DNA of 64,000 nt from an uncultured Gemmatimonadaceae bacterium (GTDB lineage: Bacteria > Gemmatimonadota > Gemmatimonadetes > Gemmatimonadales > Gemmatimonadaceae), in the NCBI GenBank assembly GCA_963843845.1, contig CAWJMB010000002.1, positions 736,001 to 800,000 on the forward strand. The letters run 5' to 3'. Positions 32,055 through 42,165 of the stretch are shown here, in pieces (position 1 is the stretch's first letter; every line of letters begins with the position of its first letter). The notes beneath the pieces were generated by a model that did no database searches, had not been told where the DNA came from, and saw only the letters and a program-made list of their open reading frames with translations. Both the position numbers and the translations under genes were made by a program.

Positions 32055-34966
32055 GCCGCCACCACCGCGGTCATTTCGTCGAGCACGTTCCGCAATTCAT
32101 TCCCGAAAGCCCGATACGCCGCGCCGAGCCCCCCGCGCTGGGCGAACGGCGGATACTCGAAGTCGTCCACGCCGATCTCCAAGTTCGCGGCCACGTGGTC
32201 GCGAATTGCTTCCAGCCACGCCAACTGGTCGGGATTGAACCGACGACCGCTCGACTCCATCCGCGCCAGCCATGCGTCGAACCGCCGCCGCGCGACCTCG
32301 GGCCACGGCGCGAGCGCGTCGTCGCGGTGCAGCGCGAAGCGCACGAGCGACACGACGTCGGTCAGCAGCCGCGTCGGCCGACCGCGCACGCGCGTTCGAT
32401 CGAGCGTCTCGTACGCGGCCCATACCGCCTCGGGCGCGAGCGGCGGCTTCGACTCCGCGAGCACGCGCGCCAGCTCCTCGACCGCCTCGCGCGTGAGCCG
32501 CTTCCCCTCGGGCGAGCCGTAGAGCAGCGCGAGCGCCACGTACTCGTCGCGGTGCGCGGCGAGGAACTGCTCGAAGCTCGTCGTCAGCGACAGCGCCCGC
32601 TCCTTCGCCTCGGCCGAGAGGTCGGCCGACAGCAGCTCGTCGCGACTCACCTCGTCGATCACCTGCTCGAGCGACCGCTTGAGGTCCACGCAGCCGAGCG
32701 CGGAGCTGCGGGTTCGACACGAGCGGGCCCAACGCCTCGCCGATGAGCGCCGCGCGCGTCGCGGCGAGCTGCGCGTCGCTCGGCTCGGCGTCGGCGGCGC
32801 CGGCCGTGCGCGCGCCGCGCCTCGGCGAGCTGCCAGTCGGGATCGAGCGCGTCGACGATGCGGTGCGCGAGCGCTTGCAGCGTCACGCCGCCCGACGACG
32901 CGGCGACCGACGCGCGCTCCTCCTTGCCGAGCTGCCGGTCGAGGCGCGCGAGCCGGCTCGCGACCGTCGACGCCACGTCCGGGTCGACGCTCCCCATCGC
33001 CACGTGCTGCAGCAGCTTCTCGAGGCTCACCGTCGGCTGGCGCTCGAGCGGCTGCGAGTCGCTCATCTCCTCCTCGGAGACGCCGACGCAGTCGACGATG
33101 ACGAAGCGCGTCTTCGCCGTCGCGTCGGGTGTCACCGCCTTGAGGTCGTCCGGGCGGATGACGCGCACGCCGCGCCCCTTCATCTGCTCGAACAGCGTGC
33201 GGCTCTTCACCGTGCGGAAGAACCAGAGCACCTCGAGCGGCTTCACGTCGGTGCCGGTGGCGATCATGTCCACCGTGACCGCGATGCGCGGGTGGTACGA
33301 GTTGCGGAAGCTCTGGAGCAGGTCCTCCGGCCGCACGCCGCTCGACTTGTAGGTCACCCGCTCGACCGTCGTGCCGTCCGGCCCTGGCACCCGCTCGACG
33401 ATGCGCGCGGTGCCGGTCTTGTACGTGATCTTCTGCACCGCGTCGTTGCCTAACGACAGCTCGTCGCGGAGGATCTTCACGATGTCGTCGGCGTGGCTGT
33501 CGTCTTTCGCGAAGACGAGCGTCTTCGGGACGTGCGTGCGCTCGGGGAAGACCGACGGCAGGAACTGGTCGCGGAACGCGCGCACGACCGTGCGGATCTG
33601 GTCCGGCGCCACGACGTCGCGGTCGAGGGCGGCGGCGGCGTAGGAGAACTCCTCGTCGAGCTTCTCCCAGCCGCTTGCGTCGCGTCTCGCGCTCGCGGAA
33701 CTGCAACACCTGCTCGGCTTCGACCGTCGAGCCCTGCTCGGTGATCCGCGTGCGGATGCGATAGACGTCGAAATCCACGTTCACGCCGTCGGCCACGGCC
33801 TGCTCGTGGCCGTACTCCATCACGAGGTTTCCCTGAAAGAAGCCGTACGTCTGCTTCGCGGGCGTCGCCGTGAGGCCGACGAGGAACGCGTCCCAGTATT
33901 CGACGACCTGCCGCCAGAGCGTGTAGATGGAGCGGTGCGCCTCGTCGATGAAGACGAGCTCGAACGCTTCGATGGGAAGGTGAGCGTTGTAGACGACGGG
34001 GAGCGGGTCCTTGCGCAGCGCGTCGAGCCCGGTGAGCGCCCGGCCCGCGTCGCCGCTCGACTCTTCGTCCAGCGCCGGCGGCAGCTCGGGGTCGCCCTTG
34101 AGCATGGAGTACAGGCGCTGCACCGTGCCGATCACGACGCGCGCCACCGGGTCGAGCTTGTTCGACGTCAGGAGCTGCACGTTGTAGAGCTCCGTGAACA
34201 GCCGCCCGTCGTCGGGTGTGCGGTAGCTCTGGAACTCCTTGAGCGCCTGCCGCCCGAGGTTCGCGCGGTCGACGAGGAAGAGCACGCGGTGGGCGTCGGC
34301 GAACTTGATCAGACGGTAGATGCTCGTGACCGCCGTGTACGTCTTGCCAGAGCCCGTGGCCATCTGCACGAGCGCGCGCGGACGGTTTCTGGCGAGCGAC
34401 GCCTCGAGCTGTCGCACGGTCGCGAGCTGCGCGGGCCAGAGCGCGCCCGCGTCGACGCCGGGCATGGCCGTCAGCCGCGCGCGGAGCGTGGCCGGGCGCA
34501 GCGAGAGCGGGTGCGGCTGCCCGTCGACCTGCGGAAGCCAGAGCGGATCTTCGGCCAGCCACTCGGCGATCGTCTCCGGGCGGTGAAACGCGAACACGTC
34601 CCGCGCCTTGGGGGTCGGGTCGAGGCGATTCGTGAACCGCGTCTCGACGCCGGTCGACTGGTACAGGAACGGCAGCGGCCGCACTGGAGCCGGGACGTGT
34701 GCGGGGAGCCCGGCTCCGTACTTCTCGGCCTGCAGCTCTACGCCGGTGAGCGTGGTCCCCGCTCTCTTCGCCTCGATCACGCCGACGGCCTGCCGGTCGA
34801 CGTAGAGCAGGTAGTCGGCGAACCCGTGCGCGCCGAGCGGGAACTCGCGGACGGCGACGCCGCGTCCGGCGGCGAGGTTGAGTGACGCGACGTCCTGCGC
34901 CACCCACCCGGCGTCGGCGAGTGCGCGGTCGATCTGGTCGCGGGCGGTGGCTTCCGGGGTCGGCAG
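32051..34966 (-). CDS. hsdR: Type I restriction subunit R (EcoEI/EcoAI-like); about 3 apparent frameshifts, start uncertain
   Basis: PEATARDQID, ADYLLYVD..VIEAKR, MATGSGKT, FLVDRANL, IDEAHRS, GLTATP, KTLVFA, TVDMIATGTD, FEQMKGRG; EcoEI-type C-terminus PFAQRGG. Confidence 0.92.
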   Translation of the reverse strand: MPTPEATARDQIDRALADAGWVAQDVASLNLAAGRGVAVREFPLGAHGFADYLLYVDRQAVGVIEAKRAGTTLTGVELQAEKYGAGLPAHVPAPVRPLPFLYQSTGVETRFTNRLDPTPKARDVFAFHRPETIAEWLAEDPLWLPQVDGQPHPLSLRPATLRARLTAMPGVDAGALWPAQLATVRQLEASLARNRPRALVQMATGSGKTYTAVTSIYRLIKFADAHRVLFLVDRANLGRQALKEFQSYRTPDDGRLFTELYNVQLLTSNKLDPVARVVIGTVQRLYSMLKGDPELPPALDEESSGDAGRALTGLDALRKDPLPVVYNAHLPIEAFELVFIDEAHRSIYTLWRQVVEYWDAFLVGLTATPAKQTYGFFQGNLVMEYGHEQAVADGVNVDFDVYRIRTRITEQGSTVEAEQVLQFRERETRRKRLGEARRGVLLRRRRPRPRRRGAGPDPHGRARVPRPVPAVGLPRAHARPEDARLRERRQPRRRHREDPPRRAVVRQRRGAEDHVQDRHRAHRRAGARAGRHDGRAGDLQVERRAAGGPAPELPQLVPPAHRGHGGHDRHRHRREAARGALVLPHGEEPHAVRADEGARRARHPPGRPQGGDTRRDGEDALRHRRLRRRLRGGDERLAAARAPADGEPREAAAARGDGERRPGRGVDGREPARAPRPAARQGGARVGRRVVGRRDAASARAPHRRRARSRLAARRGAARARPAPPTPSRATRSSPRRARRSSARRWARSCRTRSSALGCVDLKRSLEQVIDEVSRDELLSADLSAEAKERALSLTTSFEQFLAAHRDEYVALALLYGSPEGKRLTREAVEELARVLAESKPPLAPEAVWAAYETLDRTRVRGRPTRLLTDVVSLVRFALHRDDALAPWPEVARRRFDAWLARMESSGRRFNPDQLAWLEAIRDHVAANLEIGVDDFEYPPFAQRGGLGAAYRAFGNELRNVLDEMTAVVAA

Positions 34967-35034
34967 GGGCGCGTGGTGAGCAGTGTGCGCAACGTATCGC
35001 GCGCTCGCCCGCGTCGGCCAGTCGCGTTCCGCGG

Positions 35035-35523
35035 TTACGGCATCAGCGCGACGCGCGCGGCGGGCGCCCCGAAGATGGTCGGCGCCGCGAGCCGCCGCTG
35101 CGAGAACGTCCACCGCTGCTCGCGCAGCGCCGCGAGCGGCTGCGCCGTCGTGACCGCGGCGCCGAGGCCGCGCAGCGCGGGCGTCGGTTGCAGCGTCGCG
35201 GCGGGGTCGGCGCGCACGACGAGCTGCACGACGCCCGCCGTGTCCGCGGCCGCGGGGATGCGCAGCGTGGTCCGCGCGCCCGCCGCGACGCGCCCGAGTC
35301 GCCACTCGCGCCGCTCGCCGACGAGCGAGACCGTCACCGCGACGGGCGCCTCGTTGTCGAACGCGAGCACGGCGGCGGTGTTCGGCGGGGCCGCCGTGGT
35401 GACGCCGGCGGCCGGCGTGACATGTGACCGGGTGGCGGCGCAGGCGGCGAGCGTGAGCGTCGCGGCGAGCGCGGCGGCGCGGGTAATGTGAGAGGCGGCG
35501 GTGCGAATGCGTGTGGCGGTCAT
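35035..35523 (-). CDS. Hypothetical lipoprotein
   Basis: SD GGAG; signal ending LAAC; FDNEA...EWRLGRVAAGARTTLRIP beta-rich domain. Confidence 0.65.
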   Translation of the reverse strand: MTATRIRTAASHITRAAALAATLTLAACAATRSHVTPAAGVTTAAPPNTAAVLAFDNEAPVAVTVSLVGERREWRLGRVAAGARTTLRIPAAADTAGVVQLVVRADPAATLQPTPALRGLGAAVTTAQPLAALREQRWTFSQRRLAAPTIFGAPAARVALMP

Positions 35524-35674
35524 CGTCGATGCTCCGTGTTGAGAAATCGGTCGCGCTCGGCGCCCTGTTCGCGCCGTTTCCCATAGCGCGGAAAACGCGC
35601 GGAAACCCACTCACCGGCTCACCGGCCCGCGTCTCCCTGGCACGGACGGCCGTCGTCGCATCATCCTTTCGGTC

Positions 35675-36289
35675 ATGGCGGACCATTCCAAACGCGACGA
35701 GACGCCCGGCGTCACCGAGCTGCTGCGTGCCTGGAACGACGGCGACGCCGAGGCGTCGGACGCGCTCGCGCCGCTCGTGTACGCCGAACTGCGGCGGCAG
35801 GCCGAGCGCACGCTGCGGCGCGAGGGGGAGGGGCACACGCTGCAGGCCGACGGCGCTCGTCCACGAGGCGTGGATGCGGCTCGACGGGCAGCGCGACGCG
35901 CGGTGGGAGAGCCGCTCGCAGTTCTTCGCCGTCGCCGCGCAGACGATGCGGCGCGTCCTCGTCGACCACGCGCGCACGCGGCTCGCGCAGAAGCGGGGCG
36001 GCGACGGCACGCGCGTCACGTTGGGCGCGGTCGACCGCGCCGGCGCCGACGCGGGCGGGCCGGCCGCGGCGCAGGGGTCGCTCGACGCGGTCGATCTGCT
36101 CGCGCTCGACGACGCCCTGCGACGGCTCGCCGAGCTCGACCCGAAGAAGGCGCGGCTCGTCGAGCTGCGCTACTTCGCGGGGCTCAGCATCCCGGAAACG
36201 GCGGCCGCGATGGGGATCTCGCAGGCGACGGTGGGGCGCGAGTGGGCGGTCGCGCGCATGTGGCTGCGGCGGGAGCTGCGACGGGGTGA
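35675..36289 (+). CDS. ECF RNA polymerase sigma factor (TIGR02999-type); apparent frameshifts
   Basis: VTELLRAWNDGD, LVYAELRR, HTLQ/TALVHEAW, FFAVAAQTMRRVLVDHAR, LVELRYFAGLS, REWAVARMWL. Frame changes near 35845 and probably near 36285. Confidence 0.88.
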   Translation: MADHSKRDETPGVTELLRAWNDGDAEASDALAPLVYAELRRQAERTLRREGEGHTLQADGARPRGVDAARRAARRAVGEPLAVLRRRRADDAARPRRPRAHAARAEAGRRRHARHVGRGRPRRRRRGRAGRGAGVARRGRSARARRRPATARRARPEEGAARRAALLRGAQHPGNGGRDGDLAGDGGARVGGRAHVAAAGAATG

Positions 36290-36297
36290 CCGCGCCG

Positions 36298-37572
36298 ATG
36301 ACCCCCGACCGCTGGCAGGCGGTCGACGCGGTCCTGCAGCGGCGCGCTCGACGTGCGACCCGGCGCGCCGCGACGCGTTCGTGATCGACGGCGTGCCGTG
36401 ACGACGCCGCGCTCCGGCGCGAGGTCGTGTCGCTGCTCGCCGCGCACGATGGGATGCGCGACGACTTCCTGGAGCGGCCGGCCGGGCGGTCGGTCGCGGC
36501 GCTGCTCGACGAGCTGGCGCCCACGCCGACGCGCGCTCGCCAGGCACGCCGGCCGCGCCGCCGACCGAGGCGCGCCGCGTCTCGGCGCGCACCTTCGTCT
36601 CCGCGCTGGTGGTCACGTTCGCCGTCGGACTCGGTGCGGGGGTGTGGCTCGCGCGGTCGGCGGCGCGCGGCGCGGCGTTCGTGGAGCGCGTGGCCGTCGC
36701 GCCGCCGGCGATGCCGTCGACCGGGGACGCGATCGCCTCTCCGGCCGCGGCGAGCGAGCAGCCGCTCGTCGTGCTCGATCGCGCCGGCCGCACGGTGCGC
36801 GGGTTCGTCGCGAATCGGCCGTGGACGCCGCGCTTCTCGCCGGACGGCCGGCGCCTCGCGTACGGCGCGTTCGGGGCCGAGCGGGGCACGAGCGACGTGT
36901 GGATCACCGACATCGAGCTCGGCGCGACGCGGCGGCTGACCGACGACGGCGACGACGCGAACGACCCGCAGTGGAGCGCCGACGGCGCGGACGATCGTGT
37001 ACTCCGTGAACGCGCCGGGCGGGAAGGACCTCGTCGCGCAGCGGATCGACGGCGGCGCGCGGCGCGTCGTCGCGGCGCGCGACGGAACCCAGTTCGCGAG
37101 CGACTGGCTGCGCGACGGCAGCGCCCTGCTCGTCGTCGAGGACCGGAGTGGCGCGGGGCATCGCGACATCCTCGTGCAGCCGGTCGACGGATCGCCGGCC
37201 CGCCCGTACGCCGCGACGGCCGCCGACGAGACGGCGGCGCGCATCTCCCCCGACCGGCGGTGGGTCGCCTACACGTCCGACGTGTCCGGCCGCGCCGAGG
37301 TGTATGTCGACGCGTACCCGCGCGCCGGACGACCCGTGCTGCTGTCGCGCGGGGGCGGCGTCCACCCGGTGTGGCGCGGCGACGGGCGCGAGCTGTACTA
37401 CTGGCGCGACGGCGCCCTCGTCGCGGTGACGCTCGACCCGGGGAGCGGCGGTGCGCGGCCGACCGCCGCCGCCGAGCGCGTGCTCTTCCGCGCGGACTAT
37501 CCGGGCGGGTTCAATACGATGTACGACGTCTCGCCGGACGGGTCGCGCTTCGTCGTCGTGCGCGCCCGCTGA
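36298..37572 (+). CDS. Membrane protein with ECF-kinase-type N-terminus, one TM and a TolB-like (PD40) propeller, no kinase domain; frameshifted
   Basis: MTPDRWQAVDAVL...DDAALRREVVSLLAAH...FLERPA; TM LVVTFAVGLGAGVWL; PRFSPDGRRLAY, ISPDRRWVAYTSD, PVWRGDGRELYY, YDVSPDG. Confidence 0.72.
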
Positions 37573-37586
37573 GCGGGTTCTCGCGC

Positions 37587-37859
37587 CTACGTCGCCTTCC
37601 GGAGCGCGGAGGGCTTGTGTGCGGCGACGTCGCCGCTCGTGTCGCTCCGAACGAGATACTCGGGGTTCTCGGGCGACGCGGCGACGTGGTGCTGCTCGAT
37701 CGTCGTCGCGCGCGTGAGCTTCCGCTCGACGGTGCCGTGCGTGCGCCCCTGCGACGTCTCCCACGCGACGTGGTCGCCCTGCTTGAACGTCGTCGTGGCC
37801 GCAGCTTTCTTCGCGGTCTTCGTCGCACTCTTCTTCGTGGCCTGTTTCCGCGTCGCCAT
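37587..37859 (-). CDS. DUF2945 (HVA1 Tudor-like) small protein
   Basis: Strong SD GGAGGAGGGGAGG; FKQGDHVAW...GTVERKLT...ASPENPEYLVRSD..AAHKPSAL. Confidence 0.85.
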   Translation of the reverse strand: MATRKQATKKSATKTAKKAAATTTFKQGDHVAWETSQGRTHGTVERKLTRATTIEQHHVAASPENPEYLVRSDTSGDVAAHKPSALRKAT

Positions 37860-37881
37860 CCTCCCCTCCTCCCAGTGACAG

Positions 37882-38349
37882 GTGTCTGACCAGAACGCAG
37901 AGCGCATTCCACTCGACCTGCTCGCCGGCGTCGAGGCCGGGCCGGGGATCACCGTGCTCCGCGCCCTCGGCGCGCCCGGCGACAGCCCGCGCGGCTGGAA
38001 CGGCATCCGCTACAAGACCGGGCTCTCGGCGAAGAACGTCGGCGCGCGGCACCTGTCGATGAACGTCGCGACGATCCCCCCCGGCGGCGTCGCGTACGCG
38101 CACATCCACGTGGATTTCGAGGTGATGCTCTACATCCTCGCCGGCCGCGTGCGCCACGAGTACGGCCCGTCGCTCGAGCACGCGGTCGACAACGCCGCCG
38201 GCGACTTCATCTTCATCGAGCCCGGCGTGCCGCACGAGGTCCTCAACCTCAGCGACACCGAGCCCGTGATGGCCGTCGTCGCGCGCTCCGACGCGAGCGA
38301 GTGGGAGCACATCGTCGACGTGCCGAGCGCGCGCCGCCCGGGCGGCTGA
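37882..38349 (+). CDS. Cupin domain protein
   Basis: IPPGGVAYAHIHVDFE...AGDFIFIEPGVPHE cupin metal motifs. Confidence 0.85.
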   Translation: MSDQNAERIPLDLLAGVEAGPGITVLRALGAPGDSPRGWNGIRYKTGLSAKNVGARHLSMNVATIPPGGVAYAHIHVDFEVMLYILAGRVRHEYGPSLEHAVDNAAGDFIFIEPGVPHEVLNLSDTEPVMAVVARSDASEWEHIVDVPSARRPGG

Positions 38350-38353
38350 CGGG

Positions 38354-41287
38354 TCAGACCGCCGCCCCCTGCTGCACGCGCTCGAACAGCCGCGTCGTCT
38401 CGCGCGCCGGCGTCGTCTCCAGCTCGGCCTTCAGCCGGTCCGCGAAGCGGCGGTAGGCGCGGAGCGCCTGCGGCCGCTCGCCGAGCTGCACGTGGCAGCG
38501 CATGAGCGCCTGCAGCGCGTCCTCGTGCAGCTCGTCGCGCGCCAGCACGCGGCGGTAGACCTCGGCCGCCTTCTCCGGGCGCTCCTCGGCGAGCAGGCGG
38601 GCGCCTAACGTCATCAGCGCGTCCACGTAGAGCCGCTGCAGGCGGTCGCGGTGCTCGACGTGCCAGTCGCCGACCGGCTCGCCGTCGAGCAGGTCGCCCC
38701 GGAACGACGCGAGCGCCCCCTCCATGAGCGCCGACGCCCCCGGCTGCTGCCGCGTCAGCGCGCGCCGCGCGGCGGCGACGTCGCGCTCGAACTCGGCGAC
38801 GTCGAACGACGCGACGAGCGCCGGGTCGACGCGGTAGCGCTCGTGCGCGAGCGTCACCCAGTCGGCGCCGCCCAACGCCTTGCGCAGCCGGTGCAGCGTG
38901 ACGTGGAAGCTGTTGCGGAGCTGCGCCGCGCTCGCGTCGGGCCAGAACGCGAGCCCGACCTGCTCCTTCGTCCGCCCCTCGGGGTGCAGCAGCAGGTAGA
39001 CGAGCAGCTCGCGCGGCCGCGCCGAGCCCCACGCCGCGGCGTCGACGCGCCGGTCGCCGACGGACACCTGCAGCGGGCCGAGCGCCGCGACGCGCAGCCG
39101 CGGCGGCTCGCTTACCCCTCCCACGCGCGGCGACGCCGGCGCGGCCCCACCCTCGGCCGCGACCCCGGCCTCGGCCGCCGGCGCCGTCACGGCGCGCAGC
39201 TCGGTGGTGTGGCGCGCCGCCTCGGCGAACGCCATCGCCACCGCCTCCGCCGTCGACAGCGCGCGCCCCTCGGCGAAGAGCGCGTCGGTGCGCTCGCCGA
39301 GCGCGTCGCGCAGCCGCGCCTGGAGCGCGGCGTGGTCCGCCGGGGCGGGGCCGGAGATCGACATCGAGGTACGCTCGCGGTGCGCGTCGACCGCGGCGAG
39401 CAGCCGCGCCGCGTCCTCCGCGCGCCCGCGCCGCTCGGCGACGATCGCCGCGACGTCGAGCGCGAGCGCCGTCCCCCACGCGTCGCCGAGCCGCGTCTCG
39501 ATGTCGAGCGACTCGGCCATCGCGCGGCAGCTCGCCTCGACGTCGCCGCGCGCCGCGTCGATGCGGGCGAGCATGGCGAGCGAGTGGCCGAGCGTGACCG
39601 GCAGCGCGTGCGCGCGCGCCATGTCGACGTTGCCCTGCACGAGCGCGCGCGCGAACGCGAGCTCGCCGCGCACGTAGCCCGCCCAGCCGCGCCAGAAGCG
39701 AGCGAAGATGAGCCCCGGGTCGCTCGGCGGGAGGCCCCGCGCCACGACGAGCGACTCCTCGAGCAGCGCGATCGCGCCGTCCAGGTCGCCGTTCATCATC
39801 GTCGCCGCGCCGAACTTCGCGAGCAGGGTCGCGAGCTCGCTCGCCGGCGCCCCGGCGCGCACGACCGGCAGCGCCTCGGCGTACTGCGCGATCGAGAGCG
39901 CGTACCGCCCCTCGGCCGTCCCGCTCAGCGCGCTCGCGCAGAGCGCGCGGGCGCGCACGATCGGCGCCACCGGCCAGTCGACGGCGAGCGCGCGCGTCAT
40001 CACCTGCCGCGCCTCGCGGAACTGCCCCTTCGCGTACCAGAACCAGAACGTCGCGTGCACGAAGCGCAGCGCGACCTCGGCGCGCGAGGGCTCGGCGAGC
40101 GCCCACGTCCACGCGGCGCGGAAGTTGTCGTTCTCGAGCGTCAGCCGCTCGACGAGCCCCGGGAGCTGCGAGCCGCCGACGAGCAGCGGCATCGCCGTCT
40201 CGATGACCGCGAGGTAGTGCCGGGCGTGCCGCTCGGCCACCGCGGCGCCCTCGTCGGCCTCGGCCAGGCGCTCGACGCCGTACTGCCGAACGGTTTCGAG
40301 CAGCCGGTAGCGCGCCTCGCCGTCGCCGGGGTCCATGACGACGAGCGACTTGTCGACGAGCGCCGAGACGCCGTCGAGGATGTCGTCGACGTCGAGCGGC
40401 GGGCCGGCGCAGACGGCCTCCGCGGCGTCGAGCGTGAAGCCGCCCGCGAAGATCGCGAGGCGCCGCAGCAGCACCTGCTCGCGCGCGGCGAGGAGGCCGA
40501 AGCTCCACTCCATCGTCGCGCGCAGCGTGCGGTGGCGCGGGAGCGCCGTGCGGCTGCCGGCGGAGAGCAGGCGGAACGCGTCGTGGAGCCGCGCCGCGAT
40601 CTGCTCGGGCGTCAGCACACGCACGCGCGCCGCGGCGAGCTCGATGGCGAGCGGGATGCCGTCGAGCCGGCGGCAGATCTCGTTCACCGCCTCGGCGTTC
40701 GCCGGTGTGAGCGCGAACGACGGCAGCGCGGTCTGCGCGCGCTCGACGAACAGCTGCCCCGCCTCGGCGCTCGCGAGCGGCGGCACGAGCCACGCCGTCT
40801 CGCTCGCCACGCCGAGCGCCTCGCGGCTCGTGGCGAGGATCGTCAGCGCCGGGCAGGCGCGGAGCAGCGCGTCGGCGAGCACGGCGCACGCCTCGACGAG
40901 GTGCTCGCAGTTGTCGAGCACGAGCAGCGTGCGCGTCTCGCCGATCGACTCGACGATCGCGCGGAGGGGCGTGAGGTCGGCACGCTCGGGGACGTGCAGC
41001 GCCGTCGCGACCGTGAGCGCGAGCAGCTCCGCGTCGCCCAACGGCGCGAGGTCGACCCACGCCACGCGGTCGGCCGGCGCGGCGTGCGCCGCGGTCTCGC
41101 GCGCGAGGCGCGTCTTGCCGCTGCCGCCGGCGCCGGTCAGCGTGACGAGCCGCGCCGTGGCGACGAGTCGGGCGAGGTCCGCGAGCTCGCGGCCGCGGCC
41201 GACGAAGCGGGTGAGGTGCACCGGGAGCTCGGCGGCCGCGGGGAGCGCGGCGGCCGGCGCGACGGCGGTCGGCGCGTCAGTCGGCAT
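38354..41287 (-). CDS. AfsR/SARP-like regulator: N-terminal STAND ATPase, TPRs, C-terminal wHTH plus BTAD
   Basis: TRFVGR, GAGGSGKTRLA, LVLDNCEH, ATSRE, LDGIPLAIELAA; C-terminal LGPLQV, FWPDAS..QLRNSFHVTLHRLRKAL, DELHEDA. Confidence 0.9.
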   Translation of the reverse strand: MPTDAPTAVAPAAALPAAAELPVHLTRFVGRGRELADLARLVATARLVTLTGAGGSGKTRLARETAAHAAPADRVAWVDLAPLGDAELLALTVATALHVPERADLTPLRAIVESIGETRTLLVLDNCEHLVEACAVLADALLRACPALTILATSREALGVASETAWLVPPLASAEAGQLFVERAQTALPSFALTPANAEAVNEICRRLDGIPLAIELAAARVRVLTPEQIAARLHDAFRLLSAGSRTALPRHRTLRATMEWSFGLLAAREQVLLRRLAIFAGGFTLDAAEAVCAGPPLDVDDILDGVSALVDKSLVVMDPGDGEARYRLLETVRQYGVERLAEADEGAAVAERHARHYLAVIETAMPLLVGGSQLPGLVERLTLENDNFRAAWTWALAEPSRAEVALRFVHATFWFWYAKGQFREARQVMTRALAVDWPVAPIVRARALCASALSGTAEGRYALSIAQYAEALPVVRAGAPASELATLLAKFGAATMMNGDLDGAIALLEESLVVARGLPPSDPGLIFARFWRGWAGYVRGELAFARALVQGNVDMARAHALPVTLGHSLAMLARIDAARGDVEASCRAMAESLDIETRLGDAWGTALALDVAAIVAERRGRAEDAARLLAAVDAHRERTSMSISGPAPADHAALQARLRDALGERTDALFAEGRALSTAEAVAMAFAEAARHTTELRAVTAPAAEAGVAAEGGAAPASPRVGGVSEPPRLRVAALGPLQVSVGDRRVDAAAWGSARPRELLVYLLLHPEGRTKEQVGLAFWPDASAAQLRNSFHVTLHRLRKALGGADWVTLAHERYRVDPALVASFDVAEFERDVAAARRALTRQQPGASALMEGALASFRGDLLDGEPVGDWHVEHRDRLQRLYVDALMTLGARLLAEERPEKAAEVYRRVLARDELHEDALQALMRCHVQLGERPQALRAYRRFADRLKAELETTPARETTRLFERVQQGAAV

Positions 41288-41365
41288 CGGCGGGCGGAGC
41301 GGCGTGGGGCGGGCGCGGCGCGGGGACGGGACGCCGTGTCACGATACGATTCCGCGCGGAGCGCA

Positions 41366-41926
41366 TCAACCGCCGCGCGGCGCCCCCCCGTCCGGACCCC
41401 GCACGAACGCGGCGATGAGCGGCAGCACCTCCCCCGCCGGCCGCCCGCGCCGCACGACGAGCAGCGGGACCGCGCTGCGGTGCGCCGAGCTGTCGAGCGC
41501 GCCGTCGAGCGCCACGTCGTCGCGGCCGCCCGTGCCGTCGGGCACGAGCACGAGCCGCGCGATCGGCTCGGCGTCGCGGAGCGCGAGCTCGAGCGCCGGC
41601 AGGCACACCCCGTCCGCCGCGACGAGCGCGACGTCGGTGGCGCCGAGCGCCTCGAGGAACTCGGCCAGCCACGCCGTGAGGTCCGTGCCCGCGCCGGGGA
41701 CTTCCGGGGTGACGAGCCGGCAGCACCCGGCGAGCAGCGCGCCGAGCTCCGGCCACAGCGGCGCGTCGGGGCGGTCGTCGCGCGAGACGAGGACGACGAC
41801 GGGGCCGGAGCCGGCGCGGCGGTAGCGCGTGACGCGGCCGTGGGCGCGCGCCTCGAGCCAGGGAAGGGCGTGCGGCTGCGGCGACCCGTCGGCCGCGCTG
41901 GCGGCGGACTTCAGCGAGGAAGACAT
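41366..41926 (-). CDS. Short alpha/beta-hydrolase-like protein lacking the nucleophile motif
   Basis: TRYRRAGSGPVVVLV, WLAEFLEALGATDVALVAAD..ALELA; no GxSxG motif. Confidence 0.55.
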   Translation of the reverse strand: MSSSLKSAASAADGSPQPHALPWLEARAHGRVTRYRRAGSGPVVVLVSRDDRPDAPLWPELGALLAGCCRLVTPEVPGAGTDLTAWLAEFLEALGATDVALVAADGVCLPALELALRDAEPIARLVLVPDGTGGRDDVALDGALDSSAHRSAVPLLVVRRGRPAGEVLPLIAAFVRGPDGGAPRGG

Positions 41927-41933
41927 GGCGCGG

Positions 41934-42083
41934 ACGCTAGGGCGCGGTGCTTACGGAGCGCTTACGGCGGTCGCGCCCCGGTCGCAACCGGGGTGCGCCC
42001 CGGGTCGCGGCGAGCGGAGCGGTCGGCGGTAAGCGGGCCCGCCGCGGCGCCGTCCGCGGCCGGTAAGCGGGGCCTCTCATGCT
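41934..42083. promoter_or_regulatory. Candidate SARP/BTAD operators and -10 boxes of two divergent promoters
   Basis: GTAAGC on - strand at 41965-41960 and 41954-41949 (11-bp period) and on + strand at 42029 and 42063. On each strand the proximal box is 9 nt upstream of a -10-like hexamer (TAGCGT, CATGCT). Confidence 0.55.
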
Positions 42084-42165
42084 TCCCGCGTCGCCACCGC
42101 CGCACCCCGGACGTTGCTCCGCGGCCCGCGCGGCCGACGCTCCCCAACACACCGAGGCCACCGCC

